The notes beneath the pieces are model-generated. The model was not told where the DNA came from. It saw only the letters and a program-made list of their open reading frames with translations, and ran no database searches. A stretch of 63,973 bases of DNA, counting the filler, from Reclinomonas americana ATCC 50394 (taxonomy: Eukaryota), in the NCBI GenBank assembly GCA_048213135.1. It is 21 parts of 21 records of this genome, joined end to end, with 100 filler letters (N's around TTAATTAATTAA, not from the genome) between each part and the next. Parts side by side here need not be neighbours in the genome. Positions count along the whole stretch, not along the records: positions 27,666 to 30,147 come from AFZH01019637.1; positions 30,248 to 34,872 come from AFZH01019639.1; positions 34,973 to 39,027 come from AFZH01019640.1; positions 39,128 to 40,399 come from AFZH01019641.1; 17 more parts are not named here. One strand, written 5' to 3'. A program made the translations under genes and the position numbers. Below are positions 29,198 through 39,673 of this stretch, one piece after another; position 1 is the first letter of the stretch; every line of letters begins with the position of its first letter.

Positions 29198-30147
29198 TCA
29201 GGCCGGCAGCAGCGGCTGCACGCGCTTGACCAGCGAGGCCATCGCCTCTTCCGGCGTCTTTATGCCGAGCACAGCGGCCTCCGCCTCCTCCTTGAAGAGG
29301 TCGCCGGCGCGCGCCGCCTCGTCGAAGGCCGGCAGCGGCACGCGCGCCACCTTCAGCACCTTCAGCTCCTCGGCGGCGTAAGGGACCGTCCCGGCGAAGC
29401 TCTGGTCGGCATAGGTCGAGGCGCGCACCGGGCCGTTGCCGTTGAGCGCGGCCTTCAAGGTCGCCTGCTTCGAGGCCATCGCCTTGATGAAGCTCCAGGC
29501 GAGGTCCTTGCGCTTGGCGTTTTTGGGGATGACCATGCCCCAGAACTCGACCTTGGCCGGTGCGGCATCGTACTTGCCTGCCAATGTCTTCGAGGCTGGC
29601 ACGGCGATCGTCTTGATCTTGCCGGAGAATTTCGACTTCTGCGGATCGTTGTAGATGCGGTTGCGGCCCATGCTCTGCAAGCTCATCGCCGCCCGGCCCT
29701 GCTGCATCCAGACATTGACGTCCTCGGGCGAGAGCGTCGCGAAGTTGCGCGGGAAGGCATTGGCCTGGAACAGCTCGCGCAAGGTCCTGATCGCGTTCAG
29801 CATCGGCGGCTGGTCGGCGGCGCATTTGAAATCCGGCGTGATGAACTCACCGTCCCAGGCGCGGGCGAGGTCGATCACATTGGGATAGGTCACGCCCGGC
29901 GTGCACAGGCCGACGACCTGCGTGCCGTCGGCGCGGCGATAGCTGCAGGCCCTGGCGATCTCGATCATCTCCTCGATCGTCGCCGGCGGCTTGGAAAAGC
30001 CCTTCTCTGCCAGGATCTCCTCGTTGTAATGCAGGCCCGAGGAGGCATGGCGGAACGGCACGGCGAGCTGCTTGCCGCCGACATTCATGCCTTGCATCAA
30101 TCCGGGGAAGATGTCGGCAACGTCCTCGACCGGGTCGCGCTTGAGAT
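29198..30147 (-). CDS. Paralogous sugar ABC substrate-binding protein (5'-truncated)
   Basis: Shares P.RHA, PRNFAT, WMQQGRAAM, VEFW, ALNGNGP and LPAFDE with the adjacent SBP. Confidence 0.85.
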
Positions 30148-30247
30148 NNNNNNNNNNNNNNNNNNNNNNNNNNNNNNNNNNNNNNNNNNNNTTAATTAAT
30201 TAANNNNNNNNNNNNNNNNNNNNNNNNNNNNNNNNNNNNNNNNNNNN

Positions 30248-30411
30248 CCTTCGAGTGCATGGTCTACCAGAACCCGCTGCGCGACGCCTTTACCCATCCG
30301 ATCGTCGGCGAGGGCTCGCAGCTGATCGACGGCAAGCTTGCCGTGCCGCAGGGGCCGGGCCTCGGCATCGCGATCGACCGCGACGCGCTGGCGCGCTTCA
30401 GGATCGCCTGA
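30248..30411 (+). CDS. Mandelate racemase/muconate lactonizing (enolase superfamily) C-terminus
   Basis: NPLRD...DGKLAVPQGPGLGIAID..ALARF*. Confidence 0.75.
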
Positions 30412-31283
30412 TGAGCGCCCGCACGCCGCTCTCCGCCATCGCGTTGGTCTCGCCGGTCCAGCTGATGATCGGCGGCATCATCTTCCTGCCGGCGATCTAT
30501 GTGTTCTGGCTCAGCCTCAACCAGTCCTCCTTCGGCCAGGCGGCGAGCTATGTCGGTTTTGCCAACTACGCCAAGGTGCTGGGCGACGCCTATTTCTGGA
30601 AGGCGCTGCTCAACACGGTGATCGTCGTCGCCGTGGTGGTGCATGTCGAGCTGCTGCTCGGCCTCGGCATGGCGCTGTTCTTCGCCTCGGGCGTGCCGTT
30701 CCGGCCGCTGTTGCTGGCGATCGTGCTCGCGCCCTATGCCGTCAGCGAGGTCTCGGCGGTGGTGATGTGGCGCTTCCTGTTCGAGCCCGATGTCGGGATG
30801 ATGAGCCGGCTTCTGACTTCACTCGGACTGCCGCCGATCGAATGGGCGGTGAACCCGAGCCACGGCCTCGCCATGGTCAGCTTGCTCTCGATCTGGCTGC
30901 ACCTGCCATTCAGCTTCATCATTCTCTATGCGGCGAGGCTCTCGATCCCCGGCGATCTCTACGAGGCCGCCGCGATCGACGGTGCCTCGCCCTGGACCTC
31001 GTTCCGCCGGGTGACGCTACCGCTGCTGATGCCTGCCCTGCTGATCGCCGCGCTGTTCCGCTACATCTTCGCCTTCCGTTTGTTCTCCGAGGTCTGGCTG
31101 ATGACCGGCGGCGGCCCGGCCCGCTCGACCGAGGTGATGGCGGTCTATCTCTATCTCGAGGCCTTCCGCTACAACGCCTTCGGCCCCGCCGCCGCCACCG
31201 GCTGGCTGCTTGTGCTCGCCTCGCTCCTGCTCGCGCTGTTCTACCTACGTGGGCTCTACAGGGAGATGTTCGCGCGTGCCTAA
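30411..31283 (+). CDS. Sugar ABC permease
   Basis: VGFANY, DLYEAAAIDGA, VTLPLL, MTGGGP. Confidence 0.9.
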   Translation: MSARTPLSAIALVSPVQLMIGGIIFLPAIYVFWLSLNQSSFGQAASYVGFANYAKVLGDAYFWKALLNTVIVVAVVVHVELLLGLGMALFFASGVPFRPLLLAIVLAPYAVSEVSAVVMWRFLFEPDVGMMSRLLTSLGLPPIEWAVNPSHGLAMVSLLSIWLHLPFSFIILYAARLSIPGDLYEAAAIDGASPWTSFRRVTLPLLMPALLIAALFRYIFAFRLFSEVWLMTGGGPARSTEVMAVYLYLEAFRYNAFGPAAATGWLLVLASLLLALFYLRGLYREMFARA

Positions 31284-32103
31284 GATTTTGCGCCACTTCC
31301 TCAAGCTCGTCGGCGTCGCCGCGATCGTCGCCTGGTCACTGGTGCCGATCGGCTTGATCGCGATGTCGTCCTTCAAGGCCGACCGCGACATTTTTTCGAC
31401 TACGGGCGCGCTCTCTTTTTCTCCGACCCTGGCGAACTACCAGGCGCTCTGGAGCCGCTGGGGCGACTTCTTCTTCGGGCTGTGGAACAGCTTCCTGGTC
31501 ACGCTCGGCGCGACCGTGCTCGCGGTCGGCGTCTCGCTGCTCGCCGGCTTCGCCTATTCGCGCTTCGCCTCGCGGGGCCTGCAGGCCTCGGCCTTCTTCC
31601 TGATCTTCATCCGGCTGATCCCGCCGATCGTGATCACCCTGCCGCTCTTTCCGGTGGTGAACTGGCTCGGGCTCAACGACACCCATGTCGTGCTGATCGT
31701 GCTCTACGCCACCTTCTTCGTCTCGTTGGGTACGGTGGTGATGCGCACCTTCATCGACCAGATCCCGCGCGAGCTCGACGAGGCCGCGATGATGGACGGC
31801 GCCTCGCAGATGCAGATCATCGCCAAGGTGATCCTGCCGATGGCGGCGCAGGGCATGCTGGCGGTTTCGGTCTTCGTCATCGTCTACGCCTGGAACGAGT
31901 TCCTCTTCGCCTTCATCTTCACCACGACCAAGGCGAAGACCGCGCCGCTGGTGATCTCCGAGATGATCGGCGCCGTCGAGGGCGTCGAATGGGGCGTGCT
32001 CTTCGCCGCCTCGACCGTGCAGCTCGTGCCGGTGCTCGCCTTCGTCATCCTCATGCAGAAGCATCTCGTCGCGGGCCTGACTGCCGGCGCGGTGAAGGGG
32101 TAA
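31276..32103 (+). CDS. Sugar ABC permease
   Basis: IPRELDEAAMMDG, WNEFLFA, GLTAGAVKG. Confidence 0.9.
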   Translation: MPKILRHFLKLVGVAAIVAWSLVPIGLIAMSSFKADRDIFSTTGALSFSPTLANYQALWSRWGDFFFGLWNSFLVTLGATVLAVGVSLLAGFAYSRFASRGLQASAFFLIFIRLIPPIVITLPLFPVVNWLGLNDTHVVLIVLYATFFVSLGTVVMRTFIDQIPRELDEAAMMDGASQMQIIAKVILPMAAQGMLAVSVFVIVYAWNEFLFAFIFTTTKAKTAPLVISEMIGAVEGVEWGVLFAASTVQLVPVLAFVILMQKHLVAGLTAGAVKG

Positions 32104-32108
32104 TCGCC

Positions 32109-32993
32109 ATGACCGACATCGACGCCCTGCGCCGCGCCATCCGCGAGGCCGACCCGCAGCTCAGCCGTTTCGACCCCCTGCCCCGCATCATCTGCCTCGA
32201 CGATTTCGACCGCGGCATGTGCGGCTGGACCCAGCTCGTCGGCAATTACGAGGACACGCTGGACGCGATGCTGCCGGGTTATGCGCAGCACAGCCACGCC
32301 ATGCTCTCGACCCTGCCGAACTGGGATTTCGGCTCGCATGGCGGGGTCGACGGCTCCTATGCGCTGAAGATCGCGACGCGGCCGAAGAAGGGCGCGCAGA
32401 ACGTCGCGATCAAGCGCCTGACCTTTCGCAAGCCGGGGCCGATCCGGCTCGAGGCCTATTTCACCTTCAAGCCCGAAGCGACCGATCTCCAGCTCTCGGA
32501 GACCGATATCCGCTCCTTTGGCTTCCTCTACGATCTCCAGATTGGCGACAGCTCAGGGCCGGGCGACCGGGTGATGCCGCATTTGCGCTTCCTCAACGCG
32601 CAGGACGGCCAGCATCTGCAGAAATGGCAGTTCAAGCGCAAGACGACACCGATCAAGCCGATCGGCAATGCCGGCAAGACGATCACGCATTATCACCTTG
32701 CGCCCGATGACTGGGAGGACCTTCCCGGCGGCGAGCAGCGGCTCTGTTACAACGAGATCCCGACCAAGGTGAACTGGCACTATCTGCGCTTCGATTTCGA
32801 CCTCGCCTCGATGCAGGCGACGCGCTTTCAGGTCAACGACCGGGTGTTCGCCATGGAGGGTTTCGACTGCATCCGCATCCCCGCGATGAAGAACCTGTGG
32901 TGCATGCTCAACCTCGCCTTCTTCGCCGAGACGGACACCGACAAGCGCGCCTTCGCCTATCTCGATTCCGTCTGCCTGTCGGGAGAGTTCTGA
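32109..32993 (+). CDS. Conserved hypothetical protein (resembles DUF6772 family)
   Basis: Strong host codon bias; RFDPLPRI..LDDFD.G..GW..LVGNYE and LCYNEIPTK.NWHY. Family name from recollection only. Confidence 0.6.
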   Translation: MTDIDALRRAIREADPQLSRFDPLPRIICLDDFDRGMCGWTQLVGNYEDTLDAMLPGYAQHSHAMLSTLPNWDFGSHGGVDGSYALKIATRPKKGAQNVAIKRLTFRKPGPIRLEAYFTFKPEATDLQLSETDIRSFGFLYDLQIGDSSGPGDRVMPHLRFLNAQDGQHLQKWQFKRKTTPIKPIGNAGKTITHYHLAPDDWEDLPGGEQRLCYNEIPTKVNWHYLRFDFDLASMQATRFQVNDRVFAMEGFDCIRIPAMKNLWCMLNLAFFAETDTDKRAFAYLDSVCLSGEF

Positions 32994-33328
32994 TGCTGCC
33001 CGAGAACCTGACCGCCGTTGTCGCCCGCAACGAAAGCTGGACCGGCGAAGCTGCGACTGAACCCTACGAGGCCGGCTGGGCCAAGGAAGCGATCGTTTTC
33101 GTGCGGGCGCTGAAAGAACCGAAGGGACAACTGCCGAAGGCTCGCATCGAGATCTCGGCCGACGGCATGCATTGGTGCCGTGAGGGTTCCGAGTTCGATC
33201 TGCCGGCTGCGAAGGATGCCGTGACCTTCCAGCGCATCAGTCATTTTGGCAATTTCCTGCGCGTCGCCGCGACGCTGGCCGATGGGGCCGAGATCACCTT
33301 GCTGGTGACATTTCATCTCAAAGCCTGA
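32993..33328 (+). CDS. Small hypothetical protein translationally coupled to the preceding gene
   Basis: TGATG overlap; TEPYEAGWA.EA, ISADG.HW, HFGNFLR. Confidence 0.65.
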   Translation: MLPENLTAVVARNESWTGEAATEPYEAGWAKEAIVFVRALKEPKGQLPKARIEISADGMHWCREGSEFDLPAAKDAVTFQRISHFGNFLRVAATLADGAEITLLVTFHLKA

Positions 33329-33397
33329 CCGCGCCCGGTGCAGGATGCGCCATGTGTGGACGGCTCGGCACCGGCCGCTCCAGAGCTGCGAGCGGCA

Positions 33398-34333
33398 TCA
33401 TTGGCCTTCCGGCGCGAGGGTCGACAGTTCGGCTGCGACCAGCGCACCGATCGCCGGCAGGAAACCGTCGTCCTCGGCGATGGCCTCGCCCTGAGTGAAG
33501 ACTGTGAGCAGGAACTCCTGCCCCGCAGGCAGGATCGCGCGCAGCGTATCGTGCCGGCGAAAGGAGGCGCGGTCGTCGCCGAGCCAGCGGGTCCGTCCTG
33601 CCTTGGACCAGATTTGCGTACCACCGGGAAGCGCGTCGCCGAGATAGCCGAGCAGTTGATAGGCGCCGCGACCGCGGTCGGGATCATTGGCGTCGCGGGC
33701 GAGATGGTCGCGGATGACGGCAAGGCGCGCCGGGGGCAACAGCGCGGAGTCGCTGAAGATCTCATGCATCAGCCGCGCCATGGCGATCGGCGTCAGGCAG
33801 TTGTGCCCGGTGGGCGAGCGATCGAGCGCAACCTTCTCCCGGCCGTAGCGCAGATCGTCCATCAGCTTCTGGTTGAGGTTGATGCCGGCGAGTTCCGGCC
33901 AGCCGAGCCCGGCGAAGATCCGGTTGACCTCCTCGCGTCGCTCGCACCAGGCGTTCATGTCCTGCTCGTTCAGCAGCGTGTCGCCAGTCGTGCCGGTCAG
34001 GAGGTCGATGATGTAGTTCGTCGCGGAATTCGACGACCAAAGGATCATGTCGCGCATGGCGCGGTCGAGCTCACCATGGGCTGAAAGCCGCCCGTCCTCG
34101 AGCCGCAATTGCGCCGCGACGAGGTGGAACACTTTCACCAGCGAGCAGGGATAGGCGCGCCAATTCGCCCGCAATGCCGCGCCTCGGGGCTTGCCGCCGT
34201 CCTTGCCGGGCTGGATGAGCACATAGGCGAACTGCTCGAAGGGGATGCCACGCGCCGCATAGATCGGCGCGGCATGGGCCTCGATCAGTGCGCCGATCCG
34301 CTGGAGTTCGGCAGTCTCGATGAAGAAGCTCAT
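33398..34333 (-). CDS. Serine hydrolase, class A beta-lactamase-like fold
   Basis: SxxK (CSLVK), SxN (WSSN), KAG motifs; no signal peptide. Confidence 0.8.
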   Translation of the reverse strand: MSFFIETAELQRIGALIEAHAAPIYAARGIPFEQFAYVLIQPGKDGGKPRGAALRANWRAYPCSLVKVFHLVAAQLRLEDGRLSAHGELDRAMRDMILWSSNSATNYIIDLLTGTTGDTLLNEQDMNAWCERREEVNRIFAGLGWPELAGINLNQKLMDDLRYGREKVALDRSPTGHNCLTPIAMARLMHEIFSDSALLPPARLAVIRDHLARDANDPDRGRGAYQLLGYLGDALPGGTQIWSKAGRTRWLGDDRASFRRHDTLRAILPAGQEFLLTVFTQGEAIAEDDGFLPAIGALVAAELSTLAPEGQ

Positions 34334-34371
34334 GGCCGTCTCGCGATACAGGGCGGAAATGGGGGCGCGCG

Positions 34372-35125
34372 TCAGCCCTTGGGGCGCAGCGCGGTGTCGA
34401 GGCCCTCGCCGATCAGGGCGAAGGTCACGCCGGTGTAGACGATGGCAAGGCCGGGAGCGGTGGCGATCCACCATGCGTCGAACAGGAACTGGCGTCCGTC
34501 GGCAATCATCAGCCCCCATTCCGGCGTCGGCGGCTGGATGCCGAGGCCGAGGAAAGAGAGCGAGGTCACGGCCAGGATCGTCAGCACGACGTCGGCCATG
34601 GCGAAGACGATCGCCGGCGTGACGGCATTGGGCAGGATATGCGCGGTGACGATGCGGCTGTCGGTCGAGCCGAAGCTGCGCGCCGCCTGGACATAGTCGA
34701 GCTCGCGCAGCACCAGCACCTCGCCGCGGGTGATGCGCGCGAAGGAGATCCAGTTCACCAGCAGGAAGGCGAGATAGAGATTGGCCTCGCCAGGCCCGAG
34801 CACGCCGACGATGGCGATCACCAGCACGTGGAACGGGAAGGCCCAGAAGATGTCGGTGATGCGCATGATCACNNNNNNNNNNNNNNNNNNNNNNNNNNNN
34901 NNNNNNNNNNNNNNNNTTAATTAATTAANNNNNNNNNNNNNNNNNNNNNNNNNNNNNNNNNNNNNNNNNNNNGTGTTTCGCCGAGGGCGGCTGCAGCGTG
35001 TTGCCATAGTCGACCAGGAACGGGTCGTGCGGCGTCCAGACCTGCCCGAGCCCGACGAACAGGCACAGCAGCAGGAGCATAACGAGGCCGACGAGGAGCG
35101 TCGGATCGAGGCGGCGCTTGCTCAT
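34372..35125 (-). CDS. DppC-like permease, spanning gap 34873-34972
   Basis: N-part PHDP...LQPPSAKH; C-part DYVQAARSFG, LSFLGLGIQPPTPEWG. Confidence 0.85.
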
Positions 35126-35129
35126 CGCG

Positions 35130-36065
35130 TCAATCCAGCCGGATGCGCGGATCGGCCAGCGCATAGGCGATGTCCGTCGCAAGATTGATCAGCACGACCA
35201 GCACGGCGAAGACAATCGTCAGCCCCTGGATCATCGGATAGTCGCGGGCGAAGATCGACTCGACGAAGAGCGAGCCGAGCCCCGGCAGGGCGAAGACGGT
35301 CTCGATCACCACCGTCCCACCGATCACCCAGCTCGTATGGGCGCCGAGCACCGAGATCGAGCTGATCAGCGCATTCGGCAGCACATGGACGCGCATGGTG
35401 CGGCTAGTCGCGTTGCCCTTGGCGCGGGCTGTCGTGACGTAGTCCGAACCGAGCACGTTGAGGATGCCGCTGCGCAGGCTGCGGATCGTCAGCGACGCCG
35501 TCGCCAGCGCGATGACGAAGGCGGGCAGCGTCAGATGGTGCAGGCGTGAAAGGATGCCGCTGCCATAGCCCGAGGTCGGAAATAGCGGCACCCAGATGGC
35601 GAGCACGACGACGAGCACCAGCCCGAGCCAGAAGGATGGGATCGCGAGCAGCACCGTGAACATGAGCTTGATCAGGATATCGGGCGCCTGGTCGCGCCGG
35701 ATCGCCGACCACAGCGCCAGCGGGATCGTCAGCACCACCGCGATCGCGGTCGAATAGGCGACGAGCCACAACGTCGCCGGCAGACGCTCCAGCACCAGCG
35801 ACATCACAGGCTGGCCGTAGACGACCGAACGGCCCAGGCTGCCGGAGAGGATATCGCCAAGGAAGAGCAGGTATTGCCGCCACAGCGGCAGGTCGAGCCC
35901 GAGCCGCTGCTTCATCGCCGCGATCTCGTCCGCACCGCCGCGTGCGCCGAGAAGCAGCGTCGCCGGATCTCCCGGCAACGCCCGCAGCAGGAAGAAGCAG
36001 GCCAGCGTGATGCCGAACAGCACCGGGACGAGCTGGACGAACCGCTTGAGAATGTAAGTCAGCAT
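35130..36065 (-). CDS. DppB-like permease
   Basis: PGDPA, LGLDLPLW.QY, DYVTTARAKG, RDYPMIQG, DPRIR. Confidence 0.92.
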   Translation of the reverse strand: MLTYILKRFVQLVPVLFGITLACFFLLRALPGDPATLLLGARGGADEIAAMKQRLGLDLPLWRQYLLFLGDILSGSLGRSVVYGQPVMSLVLERLPATLWLVAYSTAIAVVLTIPLALWSAIRRDQAPDILIKLMFTVLLAIPSFWLGLVLVVVLAIWVPLFPTSGYGSGILSRLHHLTLPAFVIALATASLTIRSLRSGILNVLGSDYVTTARAKGNATSRTMRVHVLPNALISSISVLGAHTSWVIGGTVVIETVFALPGLGSLFVESIFARDYPMIQGLTIVFAVLVVLINLATDIAYALADPRIRLD

Positions 36066-36108
36066 GGGTGCGGGCTGGAGAGCAGGGCAGCCACCGGCCG
36101 CCCCTTCC

Positions 36109-37636
36109 TCACTTCAGCTTGACGTCTTCGAGGCGGAAATTGCCGGTCGGCAGCACCTCGAAGCCGCTGACAGTGCTGCGATACGCGTAGGGAGTGCCGG
36201 GATAGAACAGGAAGATCGACGGCGCGCCCTCATGGGAGAGCTCGACCATCTCCTTGAACATCGCGCCGCGTTCGGGCCCGTCCTTGGTGGCGCGCTCCTT
36301 CTCATAGAGCTCGTTGACGCGCTCGTTCTTCCACTCGGTGTGGTAGGCGTTGGCGCGCTCCGGGTTGACGATCAGGAAGCCGGCCATTTGGTCGGGGTCG
36401 ATCGTGTCGCTGGACGCATAGGAGACCGCCATCTCGTAATCGCCGGCCTTGGTCGTCGACCAGTGCGTGCCGCCTTCGACAAGGCGGATCTCGGCAGTGA
36501 CGCCGATCTGCGCGAGCGCGCTCTGCAGCGCCTGAGCAACCTGGCGATGCAGCGGCCGGCCCGAATGCACCAGCAGTGAGGTCTTGAAGCCATCCCCATA
36601 GCCAGCCTCCTTGAGCAGTGCCTTGGCCTTCGCGACGTCATGCGCACTAGGGCTTCAGCTCGGGGTCGGCATAGGCCATCAGCGGCATCGGCGAGTTCGC
36701 CACCTTGCCGGCGCCGTAGAGCAGCGCCTTGACCAGCCCCTGCTTGTCGATGGCGTAGTTCAGCGCCTGGCGGACACGGACATCGTCGAAAGGCTTCTTC
36801 TTGGTGTTCAGCAGCACGAAATCGGTGCGCAGCACATCAGCGACGGCGGTCTTGACGGTGCCGGCGCGGCCGAGGCTTTGCATCTGATTGAGCGGGATTT
36901 CGAGCGCCGCGTCGATCTCGCCGGCCTGCAGCTTCAGCACGCGACTGTTGCCTTCAGGCAGGACCAAGATCTCGGCGCCGTCCAGGCTAGGCTTGCCGGC
37001 CTGCCAGTAATGCGCGTTCTTCTTGAGCGAGAGGGCCTGGCCCTTGTTCCAGGCCGCGACGGTGAAGGGGCCGGAGCCGATCGGCTTTTCGAAAAACTTG
37101 TCGGGCGCGGCCTCGAACGCTTTCTGCGGCAGGATCGCCGAGGAGAACAAGGCGAGGTTGTTCAGAAGCGGAGTGAAAACCTTCTTCAGCTTGAGCACGA
37201 CGGTGCGCTCGTCCGGCGTCTCGATGGCATCGATGCCGGAGAAGAAGCGTTTCCAGCTCGACGCGTCGCTGCCGGCCCGCTTCAGCGAGAAGGCGACATC
37301 GGCGGAGGTGACGGGCGTGCCGTCCGAGAACTTCGCCTGCCGCAGCTTGAAGCTGTAGGTCAGGCCGTCATCACTGACCGTCCAGCTCTCGGCCAAGCCG
37401 GGCTCCAGCTTGGTGGCGTCCGTGCTCGGACGCAGCAAGGTGTCGTAGATCAGAAGCTGCGCATGGATCGACGGATTGTCGCTCGTTGCAATCGGGTCGA
37501 GCGAGACCAGGTCCTGTGTCTGCGCCAGCTTCAGGACGCCCTGCGCCAGGGCGGTGGAGGGCGCGATGGTGAGCGCCGGGCCGAGGATTGAGAGCGCGAG
37601 CGCGGCAGCCGACACCATGGAACGGAAAGTGGTCAT
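36109..37636 (-). CDS. Dipeptide ABC substrate-binding protein with a 1-nt insertion at ~36647
   Basis: LDP, PGLAESW, FSDGTPVT, GSGPF, DVRVRQAL; CCC-TAGT-GCG-CAT restores P-Y-A-H-D-V-A-K-A-K-A-L-L if one G is removed. Confidence 0.85.
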
Positions 37637-37756
37637 GGAGATCCCCTGATCTTGGCCGCTCTGCCTCGGCGGCGGCAGCTTGCAACCTTCCATGCGCATA
37701 TCTAGTCTCGCAAATGAAACATTCGGCAAGATTATCAACCAAGTGGAATAGGCTGA

Positions 37757-38632
37757 ATGAGGCTGGGGGCGCTGCAAGTGATCGATGCCTTCGTCCGACT
37801 CGGCGGCACCGGTGAAGCGGCGCAAGGGCTGGGCGTCAGCCAGTCTGCCGTGATCAAGTCGTTGCACATGGCGGAAAAAGAGCTCGACCTCAGCCTTGTC
37901 GCGATCGTCCAGGGGCGGCTGACCCCGACACCCGAGGCACTGGAGTTGAGCCGCCTCGCACGCCCGGCCTTCGGCGCGTTGCGCCGGGCGCATCATGAAG
38001 CCGACATGATCCGCGTCGGCATGGCCGATCGCCTGCGGATCGCGACTGTGCCGGGACTGGCGCACAGCATCTTGCCGCCGGCCATCGCCAGCGCGCGTCG
38101 CGACCTCAGCGACCGGGCCGCCGTCGAGGTGATGTTCGACCATGTCCGCGATCACCTCAGCGCCAACGAAGTCGATCTTGCGATCTCCTACGGTCCGATG
38201 GCGACGGAAGGGTTGCGGGATATCGTCCTGCGCAGCAGTCCACTCGTCTGCGTGCTCGACGAGGCTCACCCGCTCGCCGCCCATGACACGCTGTCGCGCG
38301 AGGTCCTCGAAGGCCAGCGCCTGATCAGCTATGGGCCCGACGGCATCAGCCTGGCCGACAGCTTTCAGGACGCACTGGGCCGGATCGGCCTATCGGACCA
38401 GATCGCGATCACCGTCCGCCATACCGACAGCGCCTGTCATCTGGCGCGCGAGGGCGTCGGCATCGCCGTCGTCGACGGCTTCGTCATCAGCAGCAGCCTC
38501 ACGCAAGGGCTGGCGGTCCGTTCGCTCGACGAGAGCCCCCTCGTCACGGCCTTCGCGCATCATCGCGACGGCGCACCGCTCGACCATGCCGCGCGGATTC
38601 TGCTGGAGCATCTCGTGGGTGCGGGCGCATGA
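37757..38632 (+). CDS. LysR-family regulator
   Basis: N-terminal HTH AAQGLGVSQSAV, RLTPTPEA; substrate-binding domain follows. Confidence 0.85.
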   Translation: MRLGALQVIDAFVRLGGTGEAAQGLGVSQSAVIKSLHMAEKELDLSLVAIVQGRLTPTPEALELSRLARPAFGALRRAHHEADMIRVGMADRLRIATVPGLAHSILPPAIASARRDLSDRAAVEVMFDHVRDHLSANEVDLAISYGPMATEGLRDIVLRSSPLVCVLDEAHPLAAHDTLSREVLEGQRLISYGPDGISLADSFQDALGRIGLSDQIAITVRHTDSACHLAREGVGIAVVDGFVISSSLTQGLAVRSLDESPLVTAFAHHRDGAPLDHAARILLEHLVGAGA

Positions 38633-39508
38633 AGGCATTGACGCCAACCCACGCGACGGTCCTGCGCGCCGTCGGCCGTTGCGGCACCACCGTCGAGGCC
38701 GCACGGCAGCTTCATCTGACGCAGTCGGCCGTGAGCAAGATCATCGCCCGCAGCGAATCGGCCCTCGGCGTCCCAGTATTCGATCGCCGCGACGGCCGCC
38801 TGATCCTGCGCTCCGAAGCGCGCGGCCTGATGTCGGCGCTGGGCCATGTCGAGGACGAATGGCGCGCGTTGCGCGGAGCCGTCGGCGACGTGCGCTCCGG
38901 CCGCGCCCTGCCGCTGCGGATCGCATCGACGCCCAGTATCGGCCAGGGGCTCATCGCGCAGGCGATCCGGCGGCTCGTGACGGACTATCCGCAGGCCCGC
39001 ATCGAACTGATCATGGGTGACGCGCCGNNNNNNNNNNNNNNNNNNNNNNNNNNNNNNNNNNNNNNNNNNNNTTAATTAATTAANNNNNNNNNNNNNNNNN
39101 NNNNNNNNNNNNNNNNNNNNNNNNNNNCGTGAGGACGATCCGCTCGCGCGTTGCCGCCAGGTCAGCTTGCCCGAGCTCCGTAATCATCGGCTGATCTGCT
39201 TCGATCGCGAGAAATCGCCGCTGGGCTGGCTGATCGCGCGCGCCCATGAGCAGGCCGGTATCGACTATGCGCCCTTCATGACCGTGCCCTACAGCATTTC
39301 CGCCGCCCATCTGCTGGCGCGCCAGGGCGATGTCATCCTGATCGACAGCCTGCTGACCCAGGCCCAGCGCTTCGAGGGGCTGGTCAGGCTGGATGTGACG
39401 CCGGAACTGCCGATCACCATCTGCCTGATGACGGTTCGGAGCCGGCCTTTGACCCGGCTGGCGGCGCGCTTCGTCGAAATCCTCGTAAGAGATCGGCAGC
39501 CCGGCTAG
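38629..39508 (+). CDS. Second LysR-family regulator, spanning gap 39028-39127
   Basis: ATGA overlap; AARQLHLTQSAVSK, VFDRRDGRL; C-terminus RPLTRLAARFVE after the gap. Confidence 0.75.
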
Positions 39509-39633
39509 CCGGCTGGTTCGTTACCTAAGTCGCCGCATCGAGCTCTACAGGAGCTCCGCCGCACTAATTATGCACATCGGAGAATCTGCCGCGAGCAGAC
39601 CCTCAGAACGCCGCTTGCCAGGTCGCTTGAGGC

Positions 39634-39666
39634 CTGTTAAACGTTTTACTGTTAAACGTTTAACAG
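39634..39666. promoter_or_regulatory. Tandem LacI-type operators
   Basis: CTGTTAAACGTTTTAC overlapping the perfect palindrome CTGTTAAACGTTTAACAG (39649-39666), central AAACGTTT, 7 nt before the LacI-family start. Confidence 0.8.
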
Positions 39667-39673
39667 GCGTACG

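Noticed and set aside
33398..34333. Functional beta-lactam resistance gene
   Set aside because: No signal peptide, SSN/KAG variants, no clear omega-loop ExxLN, and a catabolic context.
36640..36655. TAG readthrough or pyrrolysine recoding in the SBP
   Set aside because: The downstream half is in a different frame; removing one base restores PYAHDV, so it is an indel.
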